Shown in pieces: positions 26,418 through 39,521 of a DNA stretch of 64,000 nucleotides (positions within the stretch are counted from its first letter, which is position 1; the number at the start of each line of letters is the position of its first letter). The stretch is from Eledone cirrhosa (Eukaryota). A model generated the notes under the pieces. The model worked only from the letters and a program-made list of their open reading frames with translations, made no database searches and was not told the DNA's origin. The stretch is from positions 9,672,001 to 9,736,000 of the forward strand of contig OZ024750.1 in NCBI GenBank assembly GCA_964016885.1. Reading direction: 5' to 3'. Made by a program: the position numbers and the translations under genes.

Positions 26418-27106
26418 CACACTCATACATACAAATATATATACGTACAAGCATGTTGTTTGTTTATATATACATACGTATACACACACACACACACACA
26501 CACATAATATATATTTACATATATACACACTCACACATATATATATATATATACACACACATATATATTCTATACCTTTCATTTATATATATATAACATA
26601 CACACAACGTGCATGTACGTGTTTTCGACGATGTTGGAAATGTTTCTTGAGGAAAGCTAGTTGCCGAGGAATGTTTTTTTTATATTTTTTTATTTTATGG
26701 AATAATCAGTTAAAAAATAAACAGTGGCTGGGGAAAAAAATCGTTAATAAAAGAAACATAAAAATTGATGGTAGAGAAATAGAAATGTGTTGTAGGAAAT
26801 ATTAAAGTAATGTTTAGTGGGAGTAAGAGAGAGAGAATCAGAAGGAAAGACACTAGAATGAGAAAAAAAACCATGTCAATGTGAGAGATAAAAAAGATAG
26901 GGGAGGGTTAGTGAGAGTATTGTGGTAGGACGAAGGGGGAGAATGATGGTAGTATATGTTAGAGAGGGTGAAAGATACAGCTACTGAGAGAGAAACGATG
27001 AGAGAGAGAGTTAGTATGAAAGTAACAGAACTCTTTCTTATTTACAATACTCTCTCTCCCTCTCTAGCTATTACTTCCATACTAACACTCTCTCTCTAGA
27101 GACTGC

Positions 27107-27420
27107 GACTGACAGGACGATAGAGAGTTCCTGTGAGAGTAACATAGAAACAATAGAGAGTTCCTATGAAAGTAGCATAGACAGGACGATAGAGAGTTCC
27201 TCTGAAAGTAACATAGACAGAACGATAGAGTTCCTATGAGAGTAACATAGAAACATTAGAGAGCTCCTATGAAAATAACAGACGGAACGATAGAGAGTTC
27301 CTATGAAAGTAACAGACAGAACGATAGAGTTCGTGTGAGAGTGAGAGTTCCTATCATCGACAGACAACAGTAGAGAGTTCCTATGACCGTAGCAGACAGA
27401 AATATAGAGAGTTCTTGTGT
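27107..27420. repeat. Degenerate 32-36-bp minisatellite (agagagttcctatgaaagtaacatagacagaacgat)n
   Basis: gagttcct recurs about 9 times with quasi-regular spacing. Confidence 0.85.
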
Positions 27421-28449
27421 GAGTAACAGTGAGAGAGAGAGAGAGAGAGAGATGGTTTATAGCGACAGACAGAGAAACAAAGATATTAAAAGGAAAAAGA
27501 GTGAGAAAATAAATGCTAGAAACAGAATGAAAGGGTGAATTAGTAAGCGTAACAGATAAAATACAAAAGAGAATTTATATTGAAAGGAAAAGTGGATCAG
27601 TGACAGGGTAAATTATATGAGGGAGTGATTAAACTAGAGAGATAGAAAGATATGGAGAGGAGGAAGGAATGAGGAGAGTCAGTACGATTGTAGAGGGAGT
27701 GATTAGACTAAAGAGATACAAAGATATAGAGGGGGAAATGAGGAGAGTTAGTGAGATTGTAGAGGGAGTGATTAGACTAAAGAGATAGTGAAGAGTCAGT
27801 AAGATTGTAACAGAGAAGCAGATATCAAATGAGAGAGAAAGATAGACGAAACGAAGTGATGTTGTTTAGCCCCAGGTAAACTATGATTGAGTAGATATAT
27901 AAACAAAGATATCCCAACCACAATCACCCAGTTTTGTTTTTTATTTTAACATATAGTGTATATATGGACTACATTATTTAATTAGTCCCATTATTTTTAT
28001 GGTCCCTTTTGGGGACGATTTGACTGCTATTTCTAGCAGGTCGAGTGAACACGTAGAAGCTTCTTCATAGAGTGAAGAGTGCGACGGACAAATATAGCAT
28101 TTTGAAAAAGTGAAAGAGTAAGAAACAAATAGAAAGATAGTGATGAAATCAAGAGAGATATAGACTTTAAAAGACAAGTTAAAAAGATAGAAAGAAAGAG
28201 AGAGAGAAATAAAATAAAAATGAATAGATAACATAAAGGTAAAAATGAAGAAAAAATAGAGGAAAGACGGGGAAAAGAGAGAGAAACAGAGAATATATTG
28301 GAGTCAGAAAGACAAAATGGAGAGAAAGAAAGAGATAAGATGACTACAACAAAGAAGTGATAGAAAGTATAAAGAAAGAATATAGTAGGATCATATAACA
28401 GCAATGGAGTCGGAGGAGGAGATAATGATTAACAAGTATGGAGTAGGAG

Positions 28450-28740
28450 TCACCCTCTCTTTTTAACTCTTATTGCTTCTCTTTCACTCCGCCCCTCTTT
28501 TTCACTCCTATTGCTTCTTTCTCTCTCTCTGCTCCTCTCTTTCAAACCTATTGCTTTCTCTTTCACTTCTATTGCTTTCACTCTCCATCCGCCCCTCTCT
28601 TTCACTCCTATTGCTTTCTCTCTCCATCCGCCCCTCTCTTTCACTCCTATTGCTTTCTCTCTCCATCCGCCCCTCTCTTTAACTCCTATTGCTTTTCTCT
28701 GTCGTCGCTCTTCACTTTTTAACTCTTATTGCTTCTCTCC
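28450..28740. repeat. Pyrimidine-rich ~39-bp minisatellite (ccgcccctctctttcactcctattgctttctctctccat)n
   Basis: Visible recurrence of ctattgct and ccgcccctct. Confidence 0.85.
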
Positions 28741-29449
28741 TCCCTCTTCCCGTCTCTCTGTCACTCTTATTCCTTCACTCTCATGTAAAGAGAAAGAGAG
28801 AAAGAATGAGAAATATGTGTGGATGAGGAGAAGATTAAAAAAAAGAGAATGGAGAAGAACGAGTTGATAGAAAAATAGGAATGAAGGAAAGGGAGGAGGA
28901 GATAAAAAAAACAAGACTGAAGGAGATGGGAAGAGGAGTAGTAGATTTTAAAACAAGACTGAAGGGGGAGGAGGAGATAGCAGCAACAAAAATTGAGAAA
29001 GAAGAGAAGTAAAATGCTATCCGCCATTTTTCTTATTCTCCTCAGATTTTTCATGTTTCTCCAGCCACTAATCTGAATATATTGACACAGTTTCTCCCCT
29101 CCACCACATTAAATTGTTACCACTGAGCTATTACTAGTTCCATACTATTCTAAAATCTTTTTTTTTTTTCTCAATATTTCTTGTAATAGTTTCTTTACAT
29201 TCAGGAAATTTTGAATTATTTTATGACTTTTTATTTTTTATGTCATAATCTATTTTGTTTAGTTAGCTTTTCAATTTATTTTTTTTTCTTTTGTATCATG
29301 TCACGTAAAATAATATCCTAAACAGTTTATTGTAGACTATAAAACCTTTATCCTTATGGTAGGTGCAGCACAACGTCTCAACAACCATACAATATATAAT
29401 ATACTAGCTTTATGCATTCTTTTCTTAGCTTATATATACATATACTATA

Positions 29450-29530
29450 TACAGGATATCCCCCAAAAATGTATACACACTTAAACAGCATTCTAATAAA
29501 AGTGTGTATACATTTTTGGGGACACCTTAT
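29450..29530. mobile_element. Tc1/mariner-type miniature MITE (TA target)
   Basis: TAcaggatatcccccaaaaatgtatacacact ... agtgtgtatacatttttggggacaccttaTA, a near-perfect inverted repeat of about 30 bp. Confidence 0.75.
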
Positions 29531-30071
29531 ATATATATATATATATACACATACACACACAGACATGGAAATAATTGACAGAAATATAAACATAAACATA
29601 TGCACGCGTGTATGTTAGGTATACATACGTACACGCATAAATAGCACTGACAAAAAATTCTATAAAAATTATAAAAATATTAATATAAACATACTTTCAC
29701 AGATGGAAATACGTACAAATAAATATCTAAATAACTTCTAGAAAAATATATGAACATGTATTCACACTTGAAAATAGGTATATATACATACATAAATAAA
29801 ACTGACTAAAATATATATAAATATAAACATACAGTAATACTTAGAAATAGGTAGATAGACAAATATTTGAAAGCAAGTTTTCCACAACCACACACTTGCA
29901 TGTAAATACACCTACACGCACGTTGGCTGACAGATTGAATTACAGGTAAATTCAGTCTTACACAAACGTGTATGAGAGAGAAATTGAATGTGTATATATA
30001 TATATATACATGCACACACACACACATACTCACATATATACATACACACACTCACACTCATATATATATAT

Positions 30072-30102
<31 letters not shown>

Positions 30103-30274
30103 CACACACCCACAAAACGATGAAGTTTCATTTATATGTATTATTATTATGTTGCGCACGTTTCGCAGAGTATTGGCTCAAGGTCTCCTATGGAAGTTGT
30201 GGACGCGACTCCAGTACCAATCTGCTCGTTAAACCGGTGATTCAACAAAAACCACTTGAGCTTGTGATTGATAT

Positions 30275-30546
30275 CATCATCATTTTCATTTTCATTTCAT
30301 TTTACGTCCGCTTTTCCCTGCTTGCAAGGGTGGGACGGGAACTGATTTTGGCTTGATTTCTACAGCTGGATGCCCTTCCTAACACCAACCTCATTTACAG
30401 TGAGTGGTGGGTGCTTTTTTGCCGTGGCACCTCCACGACCACTTTGCAACTCATTTCTACAGCTGAGTAAACTGGAGCAATGTGAAATAAAGAACTCACA
30501 ACCTTTCGATTGCAAGGCCAATGCTCTAACTACTAAGCCATGTGCC
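30275..30546 (-). mobile_element. SINE family B, internally deleted copy
   Basis: Collinear with 3557-3903 apart from two deletions. Confidence 0.85.
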
Positions 30547-31688
30547 TATATATATAGAGAGAGAGAGAGAATGGAAAACGAAAATTCAGGGATGCATCGG
30601 AACTCAATTTATTGTGTTAGAATTGTTAGCTACTATTAGACATACATATATAGAAAGAGAGATAGTTGGGCTCTGGCAGGCTTCAAAAATGCCAAAGAAA
30701 CTACACCTTTATGGTGTCCCTACGACTCCAAAATGATTGGTATTGTACCTAAATGAGAAATCATTATATATATCTCTGATCAACCCATCTGTTTCCTATG
30801 TGTAGGTAACCCAGGCTCACATTATCCAACATGTCCTTTTCTAAGACAATAAGGTGTGATATGAAGAAATTTAACTGCTATTTCTAACTTATTGAGTGAT
30901 CATGTAGAGACTTCCACATTATATTGTGTAGGCTAAGTGGTTATGATCTGTTCCTATGTACCCTCTAGCTATGCCATTTGATATTCAATGGCTTACTTTA
31001 GCTATCCTATTTGTTAGCAAGATTATTTTTGTAACTACTCATACATTTTGTTAGATTTCTGTTCAATTTTTCCCTTAGGATAGAAAAACATTAACTAGAC
31101 TGGTGTTCATTATTATTATTATTATTGTTGTTGCTGTTGTTGTTGCTGCTGCTGCTGTTGTTGTTGTTGTTTAGCCCCAGGTCAGTTTTCATCAAGCAGA
31201 CCTATGATCAAAGATATACCTTGTCAGAAAGTAGTGGCTGTGCCACAACAAAACACACCTGGTATATGCTGTAAAGTGGTTTGCTTTAGAAAGGACATCC
31301 AGCCATAGAAACCATACCAGAAGAGACCAGATGAGTGAGACACTGGCCTCCAATGGCGACAACTCATCTAACCTCTCCAAGCATAGAAAATAGACATTAA
31401 ATAGAGATAAGTGTATTGAGGGCTACATTTCCCAATGTGTTCTTCCTTGTTTATGATTACAAGATATGATTATAAAAGGAGAGTTAGTTTTTTATTATAA
31501 TTCCATTAACATTTCTGGTGTTTTACAGGAATATTAAACATTACAGTGATCCCTAATATATGACTGGTATTTCATTTCATCAAACCTGATGGGTAGGATT
31601 TGAACTCAGAATGTAAAGCAGTCTAACTAAATATAACATATATTTTATCCAATAATCTAATAATGTTTCCCATCTATTATCATGATGT

Positions 31689-31895
31689 TTAACCCTTTAG
31701 CATTTAAATCGGCCATATCAAGCCAGAATTCTCTCACTCTTTCTCTTCAAACCGGCTGCTCATACTTATGTTAATTAAGGTATTGCTCTCAAAATCTCAT
31801 AGATTTGATATTATGTGAGATAATTATGTAAGATAAAGCCTTTACCACAAAAATACAATAGTAAATATAGAGTAAAGTAAATGGTAAAGGGTTAA
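31689..31895 (+). mobile_element. piggyBac-like MITE copy
   Basis: TTAA-ccctttagcattta ... taaatggtaaaggg-TTAA; homologous to 9760-9982. Confidence 0.85.
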
Positions 31896-33052
31896 CTTTT
31901 GTTTGTCTTTGCTTCAGTAACCACTCCAATAAGCTGAGCCGGTGTCTTTGTATTCAGTGCCCTAGACTAAGTCTACAATATGTGCCACCCACACCCCTTA
32001 TCCTCATTTCTTAGTTTTGCACTCACATTTCCTGAAATAAAATAATTTCAATCTAAAGCTTGGTGGTAAGCTGACAAGCCTAATTTTTGACACTTGCTCT
32101 ACCACTCACTAAAAGAAAAATATTAAGACTGCATTTTCTCTACATAGTCCACACCCATGCTAAAATCTATCTTAATAATGAAATAATTAATAATTTTAGT
32201 AAAGCTCCCGAAACTCTTCTTTAATTAATTAAAATAGAGAGTATTTCATAAGAAATATGGTCATGAAAGGGTTAAAGAAGTTACTAATATCTATTGAATA
32301 TTACATTGAAAACTCCTGCCAAAATCAAATTTAGTCAATAAACCTACACAATGACATCTAAATACAACACCCATACACCTATTTCACTCTCTTTTGTAGT
32401 TTTTAACTGTATAAGAAATGAATAATTTGAATAAAAACATTGTATAAAGTTGTTTTATAGATTTCATGAATAACAATTTAAAAACGATGTCTTTATCATT
32501 ACCATTCACCAATGTCAATAAAATGGTGTCCTTTGTTAGTGTAGTGTGTGTATGAAGGTTTATAAGCATATGTGTATGAAGGTTTGTAAGCATGTGTGTG
32601 TATGAATGTTAGTAAGCATATGTGTGTATGAATGTTTGTAAGCATATGTGTGTATATGAATGTGTCTTTGATTCTTGCATATATTTCAGAAATTGCTGGT
32701 CCACATATATAATATATAACAGAGAGGTCTTTTAGCTTCCATACCCTCCTTCTCCATATTTTCATAGATATATATATAACATCCATACTAGTATGGAGAG
32801 TGGACACTAAACAGTGGTGATGGTGATAATGTTATGTGTGTATGTCTGTCCATATCTGTGTTTATATATCTCTCTCTCTCTCTCTCTCTCTGACCATATA
32901 TATAAATATGTTTGTGTGTATGTCTATATCTGTGTTTATTAATATTCTGTACCAAATATTGGGTTCGATACAATCAACTAAATCCCTTGAAGTGATGCAC
33001 TAGTATGGCTGTAATCTAATAACTGAAACCAGTAAAAGAAGATATATATATG

Positions 33053-33107
<55 letters not shown>

Positions 33108-33130
33108 ATATATATATGTGTATATATATA

Positions 33131-33211
<81 letters not shown>

Positions 33212-33577
33212 TCTTTTACTCTTTTACCATCCGGCTGAGGCCATACTGGGGCACCGCCCTTATCATCATCATCATCATCACCGTTTTACGTCCGTTCTTC
33301 CACGCTAGCATGGGTTAGACGGGTTGTCCTGTTGTGGGCAGTGTCTGGTCGGCTGACCATGCCTTGCTCATACAGGAACTGATCTGGCTTGATTTCTACA
33401 GCTGGATGCCCTTCCTAACACCAACCTCATTTACAGTGAGTGCTGGGTGCTTTTTCGTGGCGCCTACACGTCCACTTTACAGTGTGGGCTGGGTGCTTTT
33501 TTGCCGTGGCACCTCCACGACCACCTTGCGGTGGGGGGGGGGGGGGCATATTGTTTATATATGTATATATAGATATG

Positions 33578-33608
<31 letters not shown>

Positions 33609-34044
33609 GCATGCACATACACATATATACATACACAAATATACATATACATACATACACAAATATATATATATATAAATATAAATACACACACATACAT
33701 ATATATATATATGCATACATACAGACACACTTCATATAGAAGAAGGTAGTACACATCATTGCATGTATATGTTTCTGAGTGAGCAAGAGTTATTTTTGCT
33801 TTGTTCTTTAAATAGCAACTGGTCTATGATGAACATATTGTTTGTGTATAAAGAATAATCAGTTTAATATTGATTTCTTGTTTCTTCACAAGATTTTCTA
33901 AGGAATGGCAAGTAGTCTGTTGTTATGTTCATGCCTTTTCTCTTGGAGTTTTAGTGGCATAAGTTAATGAAATGGCTTCAACTGAGAACCAAAACTGTCT
34001 TAGGGACATCTTTCATTGAATACTCACCATTATTACCAATGGCA

Positions 34045-34450
34045 TCTTCTTCTTGACCCACTTATTCCTGAGAGAATCATAAGGGCAGAGTCTTCAAACA
34101 CTCCTTCGACCAGGTCCTGTTAGAAACAACCATCTTTGATTGATCTGGCTGGATGACCAAGTGAGACCAGCCAAGTCATGCATGTAACCCAACCATCTTC
34201 ATGCGAAGTCTATCCCCGAGTCTCTTGTTGGCTTTACCCCATAAAATCTGTCCAGCAATTCTTTCCTGAGACATTCTAACCGCATGTCCTTAATATCAGA
34301 ACTGTGATCTCTCAATTCAGAGAAGTAGCTGCTCTATCTGGAGCAACTCTCTGATTTTCGAGCTAAGCACTCTATTGAGTAACATTCCAAAGACTTTTTG
34401 GAGGAACCCCATTTCAGCCACTTGTATTTGTTGGTTTGAGAAAGTACCGG
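34045..34450 (-). mobile_element. Decayed RTE-clade LINE 3' fragment (second RTE family) with (gaa)n tail
   Basis: Minus strand gives IQVAEMGFLQKV...RVLSSKIRELLQIEQLLL*IERSQ...GHAVRMSQERIA, typical of an RTE C-terminus. Confidence 0.7.
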
Positions 34451-37396
34451 ATTGCTTACTGGTGCGAATAAGAGCACCAAAACTGCAGCATGGTGAGAGG
34501 TAACAAAAAGAATCACACCACATCATCCTTCACATGGGTTAACAAGTTAGAGGTACTGTTCGAAAAATATATTGCAGTCCATTGCAACCTGTCCTGGAAA
34601 GCATTTGATGGTTGCACTAAAATTCCATATCTAATGGTGTAGGTATGTTTTATTGGTAAGAGTATATGAGTGTTTTAAGGCCTTTCCTCTGCTAAAACAA
34701 GAGTTAACTTTGAAGGGATTCCATAACAATCTTCTCCATTTTGCTTGCTATCACCCATTGTAACACTGCCAGTGTGTTGGCTTGCTTCAAAAAGTATTAG
34801 AGGGAGGCTCTGGCACCACTTGTGGTGTGTGACCAATTGACACAGGTAATGTTGACTTGATATTTTCTTGTTTTGATTCTATATTTTCATGTGAAATATT
34901 TTTGTAATTAAGTAATAGAGATATAGGTGTATATGTGTTGATTTTTGATAGTTATAGCATTTGTGTTTGTGTGTATATATATATATTCAAAATAGGGAGC
35001 TCGCAGGACATGTGTGTGTGTGTAAATACAGGCAGCCAGATTCATAGATTAACATCATTTTTGTTTGAATATCCATTTTTTTCACTGCTTACGTGGGTTA
35101 GATAGGTCTACTAAGCATTATATCTCTATTCATCTTGATCTTTGGTCATTTATTATCTTTTTATGTGAGACACAGCATTGGCGATCTGATCTCACCAAAT
35201 TCTATTTTTTTTCCTATATCTTACTTTGATGTAGATACCTTCCACTGACACCACACACACCATTTTGTTGTTGTTTTTTTCATCCGACTCTCATCTTCCA
35301 TAAACGTATCACATGTCCATATCAGTGCAGTCATCTCCACTGATGTCTTTAATGCCAGACCATTCTCTCTCATCTTACATCTACTCTGCCTTTCATGCAG
35401 GTTAATATTACACTTCTAACACTTCATACTTTGCTTCCTCACTTCTCACATGCTTCTGCAAGTCTTTTACATTTTATTAAGTTATATATTCAGTTATTTA
35501 TTTATTTATTTTAGAGTAGAAATAGTTTCTTGCCCTCGGGAAGAAGTGGAAGAGAAATATGAGGGGAAGGAAAAGAAGGGGGAGAAGAAGAATAAGAAAG
35601 CTATACCATGCAATATCAAAACTATCTGGGTACCTCAAAGTGGTTGACAAATCAACTAGAAATAGCAGCTGAAATCACAGTATACTATCATGAATAATAA
35701 AAACTAAATATAAAGCGCATTAGATATTGAATGTAGTGTCCTAGATAAGTAAAATGAAAAATATGAGGATAATCAGAGCTGGAATGCTTTTGATCCTAGG
35801 TCTGCTTAACGAAGGTTGGCCTAGGGCTAGAGAAGAAGAACAATAAGAAGAACTAAAGTGATATAATCCTTGCTATGTCTGTTGTATTATAATACAGCTA
35901 TGTCAGTAATAATACTTTCCTATACTGTACTACCATAGTAACTAAGTAACTTACTCTGTGTTCTGTATTTTGTATCTGTCTATATACTCTGTGATGGCTT
36001 TACTGGATATGGCTGGGTTTTAACCTCTTTATTGGCTCTAGTAATACACTAACTCACATGGCTTCTATTGGACTAGAACTGTTTCATTCGAATTAAACAG
36101 TTTAACCCTTTTAGAAGTCATTTATATATATATATATATATATATATATGATATTAATTTGATTAAAACAACAGGAGGCCAGATGGGGGTTATCCTTTTA
36201 AAGATTCATCCATTCCTCACTGTATTTCTCACAAATTACACTACTAATGTAGTTTCAATTAATTTTGAAAGCCATCAAAAATTTTCAGAAATTCAATGAA
36301 AATAATTCCCTTTTCCATTATTGAGCTGACTTTAGAGTTGAAATCCCACTGAGGTTAACTTTGCTTTCCCTTCCCTCTTTCTGGGATCAATAAAATAAAC
36401 TACCAGTGAAGAACCAAGGTCAATTTAATCGACTTTCCTCTCCCTAAAATTGCTGCCTAAATTAAAACTTTTGGAACATTATTTTTTTTAAATTATTTTT
36501 TTAAATGTTGGTGGAAAGGTTTTAATATAAATATGAATATTTTTTAATTGGGATTTTGGATCATAAAAACAAGGGCAGTTTCAGGGGGTTTGGTGTCAAA
36601 AACTCCAGTTTTTCTTTTCTCTATTTTTATTTATTCCTTAAAATGTTTTTTCTATATTTCCCCCACTCAGTTTTCTAGTTTTACACTTGTTTTTACATAC
36701 CAGAAATAGATATATGCATGTTTAAATAAGGGATTTGTTGGTGGGCATTTAGCTACAGGTCACACCATATTGAGTATTCCTATGATACCTACGATGAAAG
36801 ATATTCCAGCAGTGAACCTCCTGTTTTATTCTATTCTGGAATAGTGTATCATCATTTAAGGTCCATTTTCCAGGCTAGCATGGGTCTAGAGGTATACTAC
36901 CTCATTCAGTCTTCCTTTGACTTTTTTTAAAGACAGTAGGGTGTGTGGTTTATGAAGAATTGTCTACTATGTCTAGCAGGCTGAACTACTGATTAGAAAA
37001 TTCCTCCTTAGTTCAGTACAGTACATGTTTTTTTTTACTGTGATATGATTTTTTTCTAAAAATAATTTAGAAATATATGTTTAAAAACTATTTCAACAAG
37101 GAAAGGAAGCTACCTGTTGAACTGGAATAAATACCATCCTATATTTTGCTTGAGGGAGAAGGCAATGCCAAAGCCTGTGTTTGATATCATGGTGGGCTGC
37201 TTTGATTTGCTAATGAAATCTCTTTATCACTTAACCTTGTACCTTCTAATTTCATGTAAATTTGTAAACATGTGTTGTGTATGTCTGTGTATCTATATAT
37301 GTATGTGTATGTATGGTATGTATGTCTGTTTATATATTGTGTGTATATCTGTGTATGTCAGTGTGTCTGTGTATGTCTTGTGTGTATGTATATGTG

Positions 37397-37510
37397 TGAG
37401 TAGGTCTGCAGGGGTGTGTATGTATGGGTATGGATTTAAACACAACTTTACAATTGTAAAGTTGTGTTCAAATTCATACCCATACATACACACCCCTGTA
37501 GACCTACTCA
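37397..37510. repeat. Spacer-less palindrome with 57-bp arms and 3 mismatches
   Basis: Centred on caa|ttg (37453/37454); the arms were checked base by base. Confidence 0.92.
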
Positions 37511-38146
37511 TACACATACACATACACACAGATGTAAGTTGAACTGTATAACCACTGAGCCATGTCCCTTCACTAATTACAGAACAGTGTTAACACTAAC
37601 ACCCCTCCATCTATATATCACTCTTACTTCTCTCTCTCCTTCTTTCTCTCTCTCTCATTTTCTTTTGTCAGTTTCTCTTACTTTCACTCACCACTCTCTC
37701 TCTCTCCATATATATATATATATATGTGTGTGTGTATATATATACACACACAGAGACATCAACACACGCACACAGACATACAGAGAGAGAGAGAGAGACA
37801 TACTCACACACAAGTCATGAGCTCAGCAATTTGTCTCTAGAAATTTAATTAAAAATGTAAAATACAGAAGAAATGTGAGTGAAATTTTACATTGCAATGT
37901 CTTTTCCTAAAAATCAATGACTGCCATTTATATATATATATGTTTTATATTCAGCATTAATTTGTATGTTTGTTTAGGCAGTCATTAGTTATCTTTCCTT
38001 ATTCTTGTTCTTGTTCTTTGCTGGTAGCAGGTGTTTAGACCAACTCCTCTGTTTCATTTCTTCTTCATTTTAGCCTTCTTTCTATATATTCATGCACATA
38101 TACAGATACACGCATACACATACACGCACACGCACACACACACACG

Positions 38147-38181
<35 letters not shown>

Positions 38182-38373
38182 TATATAGAGTCTGGGCCCG
38201 ATGGCTGAGCTCTTGGTGTTTCAAAAGCTAGTTCCAGAGTAGGAACTAGTTGAAACGGCCAGAGCTCAACCAGTCCTCATTCTTTATAATGTAACCATAC
38301 TCCACTACCCCATGTATCAAGTAGTCTGTTGAGTAATGGTCTAACTAGTTTCAAACTGATTCCATCTCTCTCT

Positions 38374-38427
<54 letters not shown>

Positions 38428-38494
38428 ATATATATATATATATATAGAAGAGCTTCTACAGGACTAGAACTGTTTCATTCGTGAGAAATCATCA

Positions 38495-38547
38495 GAGATT
38501 CCTGATGATTTCCCACGAATGAAACAGTTCTAGTCCTGTAGAAGCTC
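38495..38547 (+). ncRNA. Minimal type-I hammerhead ribozyme motif (PLE-type) forming one arm of a 54-bp fold-back
   Basis: gagattc-CTGATGA-tttc ccac gaat-GAAAcag ttctagtc ctGTA-gaagctc. Stem III is acag/ctgt and stem I is ttc/gaa. Predicted cut after 38540; stem II is weak. Confidence 0.6.
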
Positions 38548-39181
38548 TTCTATATTAAAATATTTATATATATATATAATATAAGTTATTCTGGGTTGAA
38601 TTGGAAGTAACCACTGTAAGTAAGGTACTCAATACATAGCAGAGTATAAATATTTTAATATAGAAGAGCTTCTACAGGACTAGAACTGTTTATATAAACT
38701 TAAGAAAATTAAGACACAGAACTTCAGGGTCGTCAGCTGTTGTAAGGATATTGTTACATACCAACTGTAACATTGGGGTTGACAGTGGAATAGAGAAGTG
38801 TCAATCAGTAGAATTGGAATTCCTCAAAGAACCACTAAAGACTTGATGTGTGAAGTCATGTGTGGAGCTGTGTGTGACCATGATGGTATTTTAGTTGTAT
38901 CATCATATTGTCTCTCTACTGTTTGACCTTTATTCATTCCCCAAATCACATACATAATATATGCACATGTGTATAAATATGCATGTATGTTTAAATATGT
39001 TGACACTGCTGAAGTATAATTAGCTTAGAAGCTTTGAATATACATGTACCAGTGTAAATATACACTCACATTCACACACATACTCACACACATGCTCACA
39101 CACTCAGACACATGCTCATAAATACAATGAAATATATAATTCAAATATATACCCACGCATATATCTACATAAATTGTATAT

Positions 39182-39521
39182 GGAGGCATATGGCTTAGTG
39201 GTTAGAGCATTGGTCTTGCAATCGAAAGGTTGTGAGTTCAACTCTCAGATCGGGTGATGTGTTGTTTCCTTGAGCAAGACACTTTATTTCACATTGCTCC
39301 AGTTTACTCAGCTGTAGAAATGAGATGATAGGGACTGGGGTCCATATCATTCCACTGCAAAAGTGGTCGTGGAGGTGCCACGGAAAAAAAAGCACCCAGT
39401 ACTCACTGTAAATGAGGTTGGTGTTAGGAAGGGCATCCAGCTGTAGAAATCAAGCCAGAATCAGTTCCCGTCCCACCCTTGCAAGCAGGGAAACGCGGAT
39501 GTAAAATGAATGAAATGATGA
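39182..39521 (+). mobile_element. Full-length SINE family B: tRNA head + CORE-like domain + family C module + RTE tail
   Basis: A-box tggcttagtggttag, B-box gagttcaactc, ccttgagcaagacactttatttcac, then aaaaagcacccagtactcactgtaaa, gttaggaagggcatccagc, cccacccttgcaagcaggga and (atga)n. Confidence 0.88.

Noticed and set aside
28767-29054. ORF with signal-peptide-like MADSILLLFFLNFCCCY and a YY1-like aaaatggcgg
   Set aside because: The hydrophobicity comes from the CT-rich strand of a purine tract; no downstream domain or convincing donor.
39182-39255. tRNA gene
   Set aside because: A/B boxes are present but the acceptor stem is poor and the sequence continues into a multi-copy SINE body, so this is a SINE head.
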